From assembly GCA_965243615.1 (NCBI GenBank), contig CBDEVO010000003.1, positions 3,674,471 to 3,738,470 on the forward strand: a stretch of 64,000 bases of DNA, given 5' to 3'. Position numbers and translations under genes: made by a program. The notes under the pieces are model-generated. The model saw only the letters and a program-made list of their open reading frames with translations. It had not been told where the DNA came from and made no database searches. This DNA is from Vicinamibacterales bacterium (GTDB lineage Bacteria > Acidobacteriota > Vicinamibacteria > Vicinamibacterales > UBA8438). This document shows, piece by piece, positions 41,221-49,788 of this stretch (positions within the stretch are counted from its first letter, which is position 1; every line of letters starts with the position of its first letter).

Positions 41221-41268
41221 TCTTCAAGTGTACTGTTGAATGCCTGCTCTGCAATTCTTGAAGAGTAC
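41221..41268 (-). promoter_or_regulatory. Candidate promoter/operator of the phd-parE operon
   Basis: On the minus strand: TTGCAG (plus 41249-41254), 16 nt, TACACT (plus 41227-41232). Bracketed by the 8-bp inverted repeat TCTTCAAG (41221-41228) / CTTGAAGA (41257-41264); locally AT-richer. Confidence 0.35.
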
Positions 41269-41308
41269 CGCAATCGATGGCTGCGGTGCAAATGCCGATC
41301 CGCAAGGG

Positions 41309-42133
41309 TCAGGACGGAAGCCGGCACACGAAGCTGCCGGCATCGTCGGCGTCGCCGTCACCGGTGTAGCGGGCGACCTCGGGGTACGGGCAGACCGGCC
41401 GGGTCATCAGCACCTCGCCGTCGCGGTCGACGCGCCGCCCGACGAGGCGGTCGGGCGCCTCGCCGTTCTCGACCCACGCCACCAGGTCGGGCAGGGCGTC
41501 GATGGTGTTGATGCCCCGGCCCCCCCGGCAGTGGAACATGCCGGGGACCATGAACAGCCGGTAGAAGTCGGCGGCGTCCGGCGTCTCGGCCAGCACGTCC
41601 TCGTAGTAGTTCACCGCCATCATCGGGTTGAGCGCGGTGTCCGACCAGCCGTGGTACGTGATCATCCGGCCGCCGGCATCGCGGAACCGGGCGAGGTCGG
41701 GATCGGTGGCGTCGAGGATGCCGCGAATGGCGTCCATCCGGTAGGGGTCCTCGTCGAAGTCGAACTGCTCGATCGACCACTCGGGGTCGTCCCGGGTGAA
41801 CGCCATGTAGCGCATGAAGGTGACCCCGAAGAGCTCCAGCCGGGGCGTCCGCCCCGCCGGGTCGACGAACCAGCCGCCCCACCCGCTGGTCCGGGAAGCG
41901 GGTGAGCCGAGGGGGTCGCCGAGCTCGGCCCCGGGGGGCTGGCCGGGGAAGTACGGCTCGCCGCGGCTGACGACGCCGCCGTAGATCTTCGCCAGCGTGT
42001 CGCTCTGTCCCTCGGTGAGGCAGTCGACGCGGTCGGCGCCCTCGCACTGCGGGTAGTCCGTCCGGGGGGCGAAGCGGCACTGCCGCGGGTCGTCGCCGGG
42101 CGAAGCCTCCGGGCGACGATTGGCGGGCTGGGG
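41309..42133 (-). pseudogene. 5'-truncated tannase/feruloyl-esterase-family gene remnant
   Basis: A 275-codon stop-free frame ends upstream at an in-frame TGA (42134-42136). It encodes ..CLTEGQSDTLAKIYGG..GWGGWF..ITYHGWSD..NYYEDV..FYRLFMVPGMFHCRGG..LVAWVENGEAP..RPVCPYPEVARYTGDGD..DAGSFVC, the C-terminal half of the family. The nucleophile-bearing N-terminal half is missing, and there is no start codon before ATG 41815. Confidence 0.7.
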
Positions 42134-42207
42134 TCATGTCGACTCGGGCCGCGAGAACCGCGGGCGGCATCGGCTCGTTGCGCGGGCGCGGTGCCGCTGG
42201 GATGGGG

Positions 42208-42771
42208 TCACGAGCCGGGCGGCCTGCGGCGGCGTTCGCAGGCATCCCGCACGAAGGCCTCGACCCGGGCGAACTCCGGCTCGACGGAGATCGCGTCCGG
42301 CAGGCCCGGCAGGTCCTCGCGCGAATCGAGATACGCTATCGACGGTCTTCCGTAATGTAGCGCCAGCCTCGCCTCGCTCGCGGTGCCGGCGGAACCCGGC
42401 AGGAAGATCAGGACGTCGGACGACAGGACGTTCACGTGGTTGCGCGAGCGCTCGTCGCCGCCGCGGTCCCCGAGGCTGTCGAGATGCGTACGGATGGCGA
42501 TCTCGACCCAGGGGTTCGGGTAGCCCGGGGGCGGCCGGCGCGCGGCGCCGTCGGTGCCGCCGAGGCCGCCCGCCGGCACGATGCCGACGGCGAGGCCGCG
42601 GCGGTCCGGCACGCCGACGAACGCCTCGGTGACGGCCGCCATCACCCCCGGGCCGCCGCCCGTGAGCAGGTGATAGCCGGCGCGGGCAACCCACTCGCCG
42701 ACGCGCCGCGAGCGTTCCGCATGCGGCGCGCCGCTCGCGCCCATGACGCCGACGACGGGCCGCCGCATCAC
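42208..42771 (-). CDS. LOG/TIGR00725-like (SLOG Rossmann) family protein
   Basis: VGVMGAS....., LLTGGGPGVMAAV.EAF, LPGSAGTASE (PGGxGTxxE-like); starts 4 nt after the upstream gene's stop. Confidence 0.7.
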   Translation of the reverse strand: MMRRPVVGVMGASGAPHAERSRRVGEWVARAGYHLLTGGGPGVMAAVTEAFVGVPDRRGLAVGIVPAGGLGGTDGAARRPPPGYPNPWVEIAIRTHLDSLGDRGGDERSRNHVNVLSSDVLIFLPGSAGTASEARLALHYGRPSIAYLDSREDLPGLPDAISVEPEFARVEAFVRDACERRRRPPGS

Positions 42772-42775
42772 GGAA

Positions 42776-43819
42776 TCATCGAGGCGGCTCGGCCGCCTGC
42801 CGCTCGACGTTCCTCGCCACCTCGAGGATGTGCCGGATGTCGTGGTTGCCCTCGTGGCACGCGTACTCGTAGAGCGGGCCGTCGCGCTTCATCAGCGGGA
42901 ACTCCACGCTCCACGGCCGCGGCCAGGTCCGGTCGTCCTCCACCGTGAACTCGTAGCGGATGGTCTCGGCGTCGACGCGGGTGAAGCGCTCCACGACGCG
43001 CAGCGCCTCGGTCGACCCCTCGTAGTGGGTCTTCTCGTTGAAGTTGACGGTGTCCACGACGAGCGTGTCGCCCTCCCAGCGCCCGCGGGAGTCGCCGGGC
43101 CACTGCCGGATGCGCGACGGCAGGTGGGGTCGTCCGAGGGGGATGATGCGGGGCGGGTTGTTGCTCATCTCCTGCATGACGACGACGTGGTCCGGCGTCT
43201 GGAAGATCTGCAGCATGTCGTTGTAGGACGGCGGCACCATCGGCGGGCCCTCGTGCCGCCACACGAGGCAGCGTTCCTGCAGCGTGCGCGTGTGGTAGCC
43301 CTCGTAAGACGGCTCGTCGAGGTTGTAGACGAGATGCCGGCTGGCCTCCCGGCGCTTCGCCTCCCGCTCCACCGCCTCCGGGATGCGCGGCGGGATGCGT
43401 CCGTTCGGCGGGTCGACGATCAGCGACGTGCGCCGGGTCGAGAACGTCTTCCGCCGCTCTTCGGTCAGCCAGACGGCGTTGTCGTAGTGGATGTTCTCCT
43501 GCGTCTGGCGGGTCACCGCCCGCCGCTCCTCGTCCGTCCCGGCCGCGAGGATGTTGCGCGCCCGCAGGGGGTCGACCCCGTCCTCGGCCACCAGGGCGGC
43601 AAGCTCGGCTGCCTCCTCCTCGGTCAGGAACGCGCGGTCGGCCACCGTCTCCGGGCGTTCCAGGGGCGTGTACGTGGCGCTGGTCCAGATGCCCTGCAGG
43701 TCGGGGTCGCCCCAGGGCGTCCGCGGATCGGGGCTCTCGTCCGGCTGGCCCGCCGCGGAGAGGGGAAGAAAGCCCGCGATGACCGCCGCCGGCAGAGAGA
43801 GACCGTATCGTCGGCTCAT
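42776..43819 (-). CDS. Uncharacterised exported protein, paralogue A (PWGDPDLQG / YEYACHEGN family)
   Basis: ATG 43819 with GGAGGA upstream; signal peptide LSLPAAVIAGFLPLSAAGQ; long blocks shared with 43976..44947. Confidence 0.7.
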   Translation of the reverse strand: MSRRYGLSLPAAVIAGFLPLSAAGQPDESPDPRTPWGDPDLQGIWTSATYTPLERPETVADRAFLTEEEAAELAALVAEDGVDPLRARNILAAGTDEERRAVTRQTQENIHYDNAVWLTEERRKTFSTRRTSLIVDPPNGRIPPRIPEAVEREAKRREASRHLVYNLDEPSYEGYHTRTLQERCLVWRHEGPPMVPPSYNDMLQIFQTPDHVVVMQEMSNNPPRIIPLGRPHLPSRIRQWPGDSRGRWEGDTLVVDTVNFNEKTHYEGSTEALRVVERFTRVDAETIRYEFTVEDDRTWPRPWSVEFPLMKRDGPLYEYACHEGNHDIRHILEVARNVERQAAEPPR

Positions 43820-43975
43820 GGCACGTCCTCCACGCGCATCGTCCACGTACGTGCATGATGCCCTGCCCGGGCGCGGCGCGCAATACCCCGGCGGCGGGCC
43901 TTGCAGGCGCGCCGCCGGTGGGCGATCATGCAGCTTGCGTACGCCCCGCGGCTCTCTGCGGCTCTGGAGGACTAC

Positions 43976-44947
43976 ATGGCCCAGCGATGGCTCGCCGCCC
44001 TGATCATGATCGTCGTCGCGACGGCGTCCGCGCCGGCCGCCGCGCAGCCCCCGCCCGCGGAACCGGCCCCGCCCCGCACGCCCTGGGGCGACCCCGACCT
44101 GCAGGGGCAGTGGAACAGCCAGACCTCGACCCCGCTGGAACGGCCGGCCGAGGGGCCGCTCGCGGGACGGGAGACGCTGCCGCTCGAGGAGGCGGCCACC
44201 ATCGAGGCGACCAACCGGGCCAACTTCGACCTGCCGCCGCCGGAGGGCAGCGTGGGCAACTACAACGCGTTCTGGCGCGACGTGGGCCGCGCCCTGCCCC
44301 GGACGTCGCTGATCGTCGATCCGCCGGACGGGCGCATCCCCGAGCTGTCGGCGGAAGGCCGCGCGAGAATCGAGGCCGAGCGCGCCGAGCGGAGCACGCG
44401 GGGGCCGTCCAACTCACCAGACACCTACGCCGACCTCAGTCCCTGGACCCGCTGCATCTCGCGGGGCTGGAACGGCATCGGGAGCTGGTACAGCAGCAAC
44501 TACCAGATCTTCCAGGCGCCCGGCTACGTCGTCGTCTTCCAGGAGCTCATCCACGAGCCGCGCATCATCCCCCTCGACGGGCGGCCGCACCTGCCCGCGT
44601 CCGTCACCCAGTGGATGGGCGACTCGCGCGGCCGGTGGGAAGGGGACACCCTGGTCGTCGAGACCACCAACTTCGACCCCAAGACCAGCTACCAGGGCTC
44701 GCGCGACACCCTGCACCTGACCGAGCGCTACACGCGCGTCGACGCCGACACCATCGACTACCGGTTCACCGTCGACGACCCCCGGACGTTCACCCGGCCG
44801 TGGACCGTCTCCCGGCCCATGAACCGGATCTCGGACCGCGTGTCGATCTACGAGTACGCGTGCCACGAGGGGAACTACTCGATGGCCGGCATCCTCGCCG
44901 GCGCCCGCGCCGAGGAGCGGGCGCCGGAGGCGGAGCCGTCGAGGTGA
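43976..44947 (+). CDS. Uncharacterised exported protein, paralogue B (PWGDPDLQG / YEYACHEGN family)
   Basis: ATG 43976 after GGAGG; signal peptide WLAALIMIVVATASAPAAAQ. Shares PRTPWGDPDLQG.W, RTSLIVDPP.GRIP, PRIIPL.GRPHLP...QW.GDSRGRWEGDTLVV.T.NF, YEYACHEGN with paralogue A. Confidence 0.7.
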   Translation: MAQRWLAALIMIVVATASAPAAAQPPPAEPAPPRTPWGDPDLQGQWNSQTSTPLERPAEGPLAGRETLPLEEAATIEATNRANFDLPPPEGSVGNYNAFWRDVGRALPRTSLIVDPPDGRIPELSAEGRARIEAERAERSTRGPSNSPDTYADLSPWTRCISRGWNGIGSWYSSNYQIFQAPGYVVVFQELIHEPRIIPLDGRPHLPASVTQWMGDSRGRWEGDTLVVETTNFDPKTSYQGSRDTLHLTERYTRVDADTIDYRFTVDDPRTFTRPWTVSRPMNRISDRVSIYEYACHEGNYSMAGILAGARAEERAPEAEPSR

Positions 44948-44951
44948 TCCG

Positions 44952-45467
44952 ATGCGCGGTCGGTCGGATACGATAACGGAGCGCATGGAGACGTCAGCCG
45001 GAGGCCTGGAGGCGCGGATCGCACGAGCCGTCGCGGCCGTCGACGGGGTGGGTACGGTGGCGTTGTTCGGTTCGCACGCGACCAATCGGGCGCGCCCGAA
45101 CAGCGATCTCGACGTCGCCGTCCTGCCGACGACCGCCGATCCGGCGTGCCGTCGCAGGCTGGTGTCGCGCGTCGCCGCCGCGCTCGCCGGTCTGGCCCCG
45201 GGGGGCCGCGTCGACGTCGTGCTCGTCGACGAGGCGCCCGAGCTGCTCCGACAGCGCATCTTCGAGCACGGCCGGTTGGTGATGCAGCGCAACCCGGCGG
45301 ACTGGCGAGCGTGGCGTGTGCGGACGATGCGGGAGCACGGCGACCGCGAGCCCTATCGCCGCATGCTCCGGAACGCCCAGGCCCGGCGGCTCGCGGCGGG
45401 GGGGATCGGTGGTCGATCGGGACGTGCTCTCGACTCGCTTGAACGCGCTCGAGGGCTATCTGGCTGA
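44952..45467 (+). CDS. MNT-type minimal nucleotidyltransferase (antitoxin of a HEPN/MNT pair)
   Basis: ALFGSHATNRARPNSDLDVAVL (GSx..SDxD nucleotidyltransferase motif). Start at ATG 44952 or 44985. Confidence 0.8.
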   Translation: MRGRSDTITERMETSAGGLEARIARAVAAVDGVGTVALFGSHATNRARPNSDLDVAVLPTTADPACRRRLVSRVAAALAGLAPGGRVDVVLVDEAPELLRQRIFEHGRLVMQRNPADWRAWRVRTMREHGDREPYRRMLRNAQARRLAAGGIGGRSGRALDSLERARGLSG

Positions 45468-45831
45468 TCTGCACCCGTTCGCGGGGCGTTCACGCGACGA
45501 GTTCGTGCGCGAGTCCGGTCTGCACCACCTGGCCGAGCGGCTCCTGCATCTGGCGTGCGAGTGCGTGATCGACATCGCGCACCACATCATCGCCGACGAG
45601 GGGTACCGGCAGCCCTCCACCTACCGGGATGCGATTGCGGTGCTCGCGGAGGAGGGCATCGTCGATGACGCTCTGGCCGATCGCGTGGCCGCCTGGGTCG
45701 GCTTTCGCAACGTGCTGGCCCATGCGTATCTCGACATCGACCACGGCCGTTCCTACGATTCCATCGAGAGCGATCTCGGCGATCTGGAAGACTTCGCTCG
45801 AGCCGTCGCGAAGCTGTTGCCGGATGCCTGA
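45409..45831 (+). CDS. HEPN-domain DUF86 (HepT-like) toxin
   Basis: Rx4HxY motif FRNVLAHAY at 45706-45729. GTG 45409 (or 45424) start overlaps the MNT gene 3' end. Confidence 0.8.
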   Translation: MVDRDVLSTRLNALEGYLADLHPFAGRSRDEFVRESGLHHLAERLLHLACECVIDIAHHIIADEGYRQPSTYRDAIAVLAEEGIVDDALADRVAAWVGFRNVLAHAYLDIDHGRSYDSIESDLGDLEDFARAVAKLLPDA

Positions 45832-45917
45832 GTGGACGCGCCATCGAGGTGATCCGATTCTCGGAGAATTGGGGTAGAATACGCGCGGATCCGACTACCC
45901 GCACGCTGGAGGCCCGG

Positions 45918-48353
45918 ATGACCGGAGGCCTGGAACGGATGCTGAGAGGTCGGTTCGTACCGCGCGCCCTCGTCCTTGTCGCGTGTCTCCTTCTGCCGCT
46001 GGCCGGCGCGGAGGCGCAGACGGCCCCGTCCGCGTCCGCCGCCGCCGGGGCGTCCGTCTCGGAGCGCGCGGTCATCGATCGGTACTGCGTCACCTGCCAC
46101 AGCGACCGCCTGCAGACGGGCGGCCTGTCGCTCGAGGGCGTGGACCTCGCCGATGTCGCCGCCCACGCCGAGGTGTGGGAAAAGGTCGTCCGGAAGCTGC
46201 GCGCGGGCGCGATGCCTCCCCGGCCGCGTCCTCGCCCCGACGCCGCGACCCACGACCGGCTGCTGGCCACCATCGAGACCGCCCTCGACGCGGCGGCGAG
46301 GGCCAACCCCGACCCCGGCCGCACCGAGACCTTCCGGCGGCTGAACCGGACCGAGTACCAGAACGCCGTCCGCGACCTGCTCGCCCTCGAGATAGACGTC
46401 ACGGCGCTGCTGCCGCGCGACGACGCCGCCTTCGGGTTCGACAACGTGAACACCGGCGGGTTGTCGCCGACCCTGATGGAGCGCTATCTCGCCGCCGCCC
46501 GGACCGTCAGCGAACTGGCGGTGGGCAGCCGGGCCCCGGCCCCCGACAGCCGGGTGGTGATCGTGCCGGCCGACCGCACCCAGGAGGACCATGTCGACGG
46601 CCTGCCGTTCGGGACCCGCGGGGGCACCGTCGTCGAGCACGTCTTCCCGTTCGACGGCGAGTACGAGATCCAGGTCCGCCTGCAGCGCAACCGCAACGAG
46701 AACGTCGAGGGGCTGACCGAGCCGCACGAGGTCGAGCTGACCCTCGACGGCGAGCGCCTGGGCCTGTTCACCATGGAGCCGAGCACGAACATGGTGATTC
46801 AGGCCAACGCGACGTACTACGCCGACGAGGGCATCGACAACCACCTGAACGCGCGCCTGCCGGTCACCGCGGGGCCGCACCGGGTGGGCGCCGCCTTCAT
46901 CAAGAAGAACTCGGCCCTCCTCGAGACGACCCGGCAGCCCTACGACGCCCACTTCAACATGGACCGCCATCCCCGGCAGCAGCCGGCGGTGCGCACCATC
47001 TCGATCGCGGGGCCGTTCGAGCCCACCGGCATCGGCGAGACGCCGAGCCGCGACCGCGTCTTCTCGTGCCGCCCCGCGGACGACACGGCCGAGGAGGCCG
47101 AGGCGTGCGCCACCGCGATCGTCGCGTCGCTGGCCCGGCGCGCCTACCGGCGCCCCGTCACCTTCGGCGACATCGAGCAGTTGACCGGCTTCCATCGCGA
47201 GGGCTACGCCGAGGGCGGGTTCGAGGCCGGCGTCGAGACCGCGCTGCGGGCCCTGCTGACGAGCCCCGAGTTCCTGTTCCGCATCGAGCGCGACCCCGCG
47301 GGGGCGGAGCCGGGCACCGCGTACCGCGTCGGCGATCTCGAGCTGGCCTCGCGCCTCTCGTTCTTCCTGTGGAGCAGCCTGCCCGACGACGAGCTGATCG
47401 ACGTCGCGGCGGCCGGTCGCCTGCGCGAGCCCGAGGTGCTGCGGGCCCAGGTGCGGCGCATGCTCGCCGACCCGCGCGCCGAGACGCTGACCACGAACTT
47501 CGCGTCGCAGTGGCTGCACCTGCGGAACCTCGACGCGGTCACCCCCGACGCGCGCAACTTCCCCGACTTCGACGACAACCTGCGCCAGGGCTTCCGCACC
47601 GAGACCCAGCTTCTGTTCGGGAGCGTCGTCGACGAGGACCGCAGCGTGACCGACCTGCTCACTGCGGACTACACGTTCCTCAACCAGCGGGTCGCGACCC
47701 ACTACGGGGTGCCGGGCATCTACGGCGACCACTTCCGCCGCGTCGACCTGCCCGCGGGCAGCCCCCGCGCGGGCGTGCTCGGCCACGGCAGCATCCTGAC
47801 CGTCACGTCCTACGCCACGCGGACATCGCCGGTGCTGCGCGGCAAGTGGATTCTCGAGAACCTGCTGGGGACGCCCCCGCCGCCCCCGCCGCCCAACGTG
47901 CCGCCCCTCGAGGAGAGCGCGTCGTCGACCGACGTCATGTCGATGCGCGAGCGGATGGTCGCCCACCGGCAGAACCCCGCCTGCGCGGTCTGCCACCGCA
48001 TCATGGACCCGGCGGGGCTGTCGATGGAGAACTTCGACGCCATCGGCCGCTGGCGCGACGTCGAGGGCGAGGGCGGGGCGGCCATCGACGCGTCCGGGAA
48101 CCTGCCCGGGGGCGAGCTCTTCGACGGCGTGGCCGGCCTGCGGCAGGCCGTGCTCGACCGTCCCGAGGTGTTCGTCGGCACGGTGACCGAGAAGCTGCTG
48201 ATCTACGCGCTGGGGCGCGGCATCGAGCCTGCCGACGGCCCCGCCGTCCGGGCGATCGTCGACGCGGCGGCCCGTGACGACTATCGCTTCTCGTCGTTGA
48301 TCCTTGGAATCGTCGAGAGTCCGCCGTTTCAGATGAGGAGATCGCAGTCATGA
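45918..48353 (+). CDS. DUF1592/DUF1588/DUF1587/DUF1585/DUF1595-type exported protein with N-terminal CxxCH (PSCyt/PSD domains)
   Basis: ATG 45918 after GGAGG; signal peptide; YCVTCHSDRLQTGGLSLEG (CVTCH at 46086-46100), RRLNRTEYQNAVRDLL, FGFDNV, FL.Q...HYG, C..CH..MDP.G...ENFD..G.WR. Confidence 0.85.
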   Translation: MTGGLERMLRGRFVPRALVLVACLLLPLAGAEAQTAPSASAAAGASVSERAVIDRYCVTCHSDRLQTGGLSLEGVDLADVAAHAEVWEKVVRKLRAGAMPPRPRPRPDAATHDRLLATIETALDAAARANPDPGRTETFRRLNRTEYQNAVRDLLALEIDVTALLPRDDAAFGFDNVNTGGLSPTLMERYLAAARTVSELAVGSRAPAPDSRVVIVPADRTQEDHVDGLPFGTRGGTVVEHVFPFDGEYEIQVRLQRNRNENVEGLTEPHEVELTLDGERLGLFTMEPSTNMVIQANATYYADEGIDNHLNARLPVTAGPHRVGAAFIKKNSALLETTRQPYDAHFNMDRHPRQQPAVRTISIAGPFEPTGIGETPSRDRVFSCRPADDTAEEAEACATAIVASLARRAYRRPVTFGDIEQLTGFHREGYAEGGFEAGVETALRALLTSPEFLFRIERDPAGAEPGTAYRVGDLELASRLSFFLWSSLPDDELIDVAAAGRLREPEVLRAQVRRMLADPRAETLTTNFASQWLHLRNLDAVTPDARNFPDFDDNLRQGFRTETQLLFGSVVDEDRSVTDLLTADYTFLNQRVATHYGVPGIYGDHFRRVDLPAGSPRAGVLGHGSILTVTSYATRTSPVLRGKWILENLLGTPPPPPPPNVPPLEESASSTDVMSMRERMVAHRQNPACAVCHRIMDPAGLSMENFDAIGRWRDVEGEGGAAIDASGNLPGGELFDGVAGLRQAVLDRPEVFVGTVTEKLLIYALGRGIEPADGPAVRAIVDAAARDDYRFSSLILGIVESPPFQMRRSQS

Positions 48354-49690
48354 TGATCACGAAGATGGCCCTGCCGCGGCGGACGTTCCTGCGCGGCGCG
48401 GGCGCGGCGCTGGCCCTGCCCCTGCTCGACGCCATGGTGCCGGCGGCGTCCGCCCTGGCCAATACGGCCGCGCCGCGGCGGCTCGGCTACGTGTACATCC
48501 CGATGGGGATGAACCCGGTGCCGTGGACGCCGGCCGAGACGGGCCGGCTGACCACGCTGTCGCCGACGCTGTCGCCGCTGCTGCCGAGCCTCGAGAACGT
48601 GACCATCGTGACCAACCTGGAGATCAACGACGCGCACATCTCCGGGAACCACGCGTCGGCGAACTCGGCGTTCCTGACCTGCGTGCGGCCGAAGCGCACC
48701 GAGGGCAGCGACTACGTCAACGGCACGTCGGTCGACCAGATCGCGGCCAGCAAGGTCGGGCGCGACACGCCGCTGCCGTCCCTCGAGCTCGGCACCGACC
48801 TGATCGCCCAGGTCGGCAACTGCGACAACGGGTTCGCGTGCGCGTACATGAACAGCCTGTCGTGGGCGTCGCCGACCGCCCCGAACCCGACCGAGGCGGA
48901 CCCCCGCATCGTCTTCGAGCGCCTCTTCGGCAAGGGCGGCACCCCCGAGCAGCGCAAGGCGCAGTTGAACCGGGACCGGAGCATCCTCGACTGGGTGCTT
49001 GACGACATGTCCCGCCTGCAGTCGCAGCTCGGCGCCGGCGACCGCAACAAGGTCGCCGAGTACCTCGACACCGTCCGCGAGGTCGAGCGGCGCATCGAGC
49101 GGGCCGAGGCGTCGGCGTCGGCCTCGCCGCTGAGCGACCTCACCCGCCCCACGAGCGTGCCCGACGTCTGGGAGGACCACGTCAAGCTGATGTTCGACCT
49201 GCAGGTGCTCGCGCTGCGGGCGGACCTGACGCGGGTCGTCACGTTCCAGATGGCGCGCGAGGCGAGCACGCGGACCTATCCGCAGATCGGCGTGCCCGAG
49301 CCGCACCACCCGACGTCGCACCACCTCGACAACCCCGAGAAGCTGGCCCAGCTCGCGAAGATCAACCAGTACCACGTGTCGCTCTTCGCCTACATGGTCG
49401 ACCAGCTCAAGCACACCGAGGACGGCGATGGCAGCCTGCTCGACCACACGACGTACATGCTCGGCAGCGGCCTCGGCAACCCGAACGTGCACGACCACCG
49501 CAACCTGCCGATCGTCGTGGCGAGCGGGGCGGGGTCGCGCATCGCCGGCGGACGCCACGTCAAGTACGACGAGCTGACGCCGATGGCCAACCTCCACCTG
49601 ACGCTGCTCGACGACGTGGGGGTGCACCTGGACGACTTCGCCGACAGCACCGGCCGCACCGGCGAGATCGTCGAGCCGTTGTCGCTGTAG
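48350..49690 (+). CDS. DUF1552-family protein with twin-arginine signal
   Basis: RRTFLRGAGAALALPLL; partner gene of DUF1592 in many genomes; ATGA overlap. Confidence 0.85.
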   Translation: MMITKMALPRRTFLRGAGAALALPLLDAMVPAASALANTAAPRRLGYVYIPMGMNPVPWTPAETGRLTTLSPTLSPLLPSLENVTIVTNLEINDAHISGNHASANSAFLTCVRPKRTEGSDYVNGTSVDQIAASKVGRDTPLPSLELGTDLIAQVGNCDNGFACAYMNSLSWASPTAPNPTEADPRIVFERLFGKGGTPEQRKAQLNRDRSILDWVLDDMSRLQSQLGAGDRNKVAEYLDTVREVERRIERAEASASASPLSDLTRPTSVPDVWEDHVKLMFDLQVLALRADLTRVVTFQMAREASTRTYPQIGVPEPHHPTSHHLDNPEKLAQLAKINQYHVSLFAYMVDQLKHTEDGDGSLLDHTTYMLGSGLGNPNVHDHRNLPIVVASGAGSRIAGGRHVKYDELTPMANLHLTLLDDVGVHLDDFADSTGRTGEIVEPLSL

Positions 49691-49788
49691 CGCTCGACGG
49701 GAGGCTGCAGCAGGAAGATCGCGGGCTGTCGGCCTTGTCGGGCCGGCAGCCCGCGAGTCGTTTTGGGCCTGTTCACGGGAGGCATTCC

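Noticed and set aside
41358-42245. 295-aa minus ORF overlapping the tannase remnant
   Set aside because: Its frame differs from the one encoding recognisable tannase-family motifs. The translation is Arg/Pro-rich, and it runs into the LOG-like gene's 3' end.
45858-45880. TAGAAT-containing AT-richer stretch upstream of the DUF1592 gene as a promoter
   Set aside because: No -35-like hexamer at suitable spacing (TTCTCG is only 11 nt away, TTGGGG is adjacent). Too weak to call.
45753-48277. 747-aa minus ORF and 764-aa alternative + frame over the DUF1592 gene
   Set aside because: Shadow ORFs. The DUF1592 frame has the signal peptide, CxxCH and conserved PSD-type motifs.
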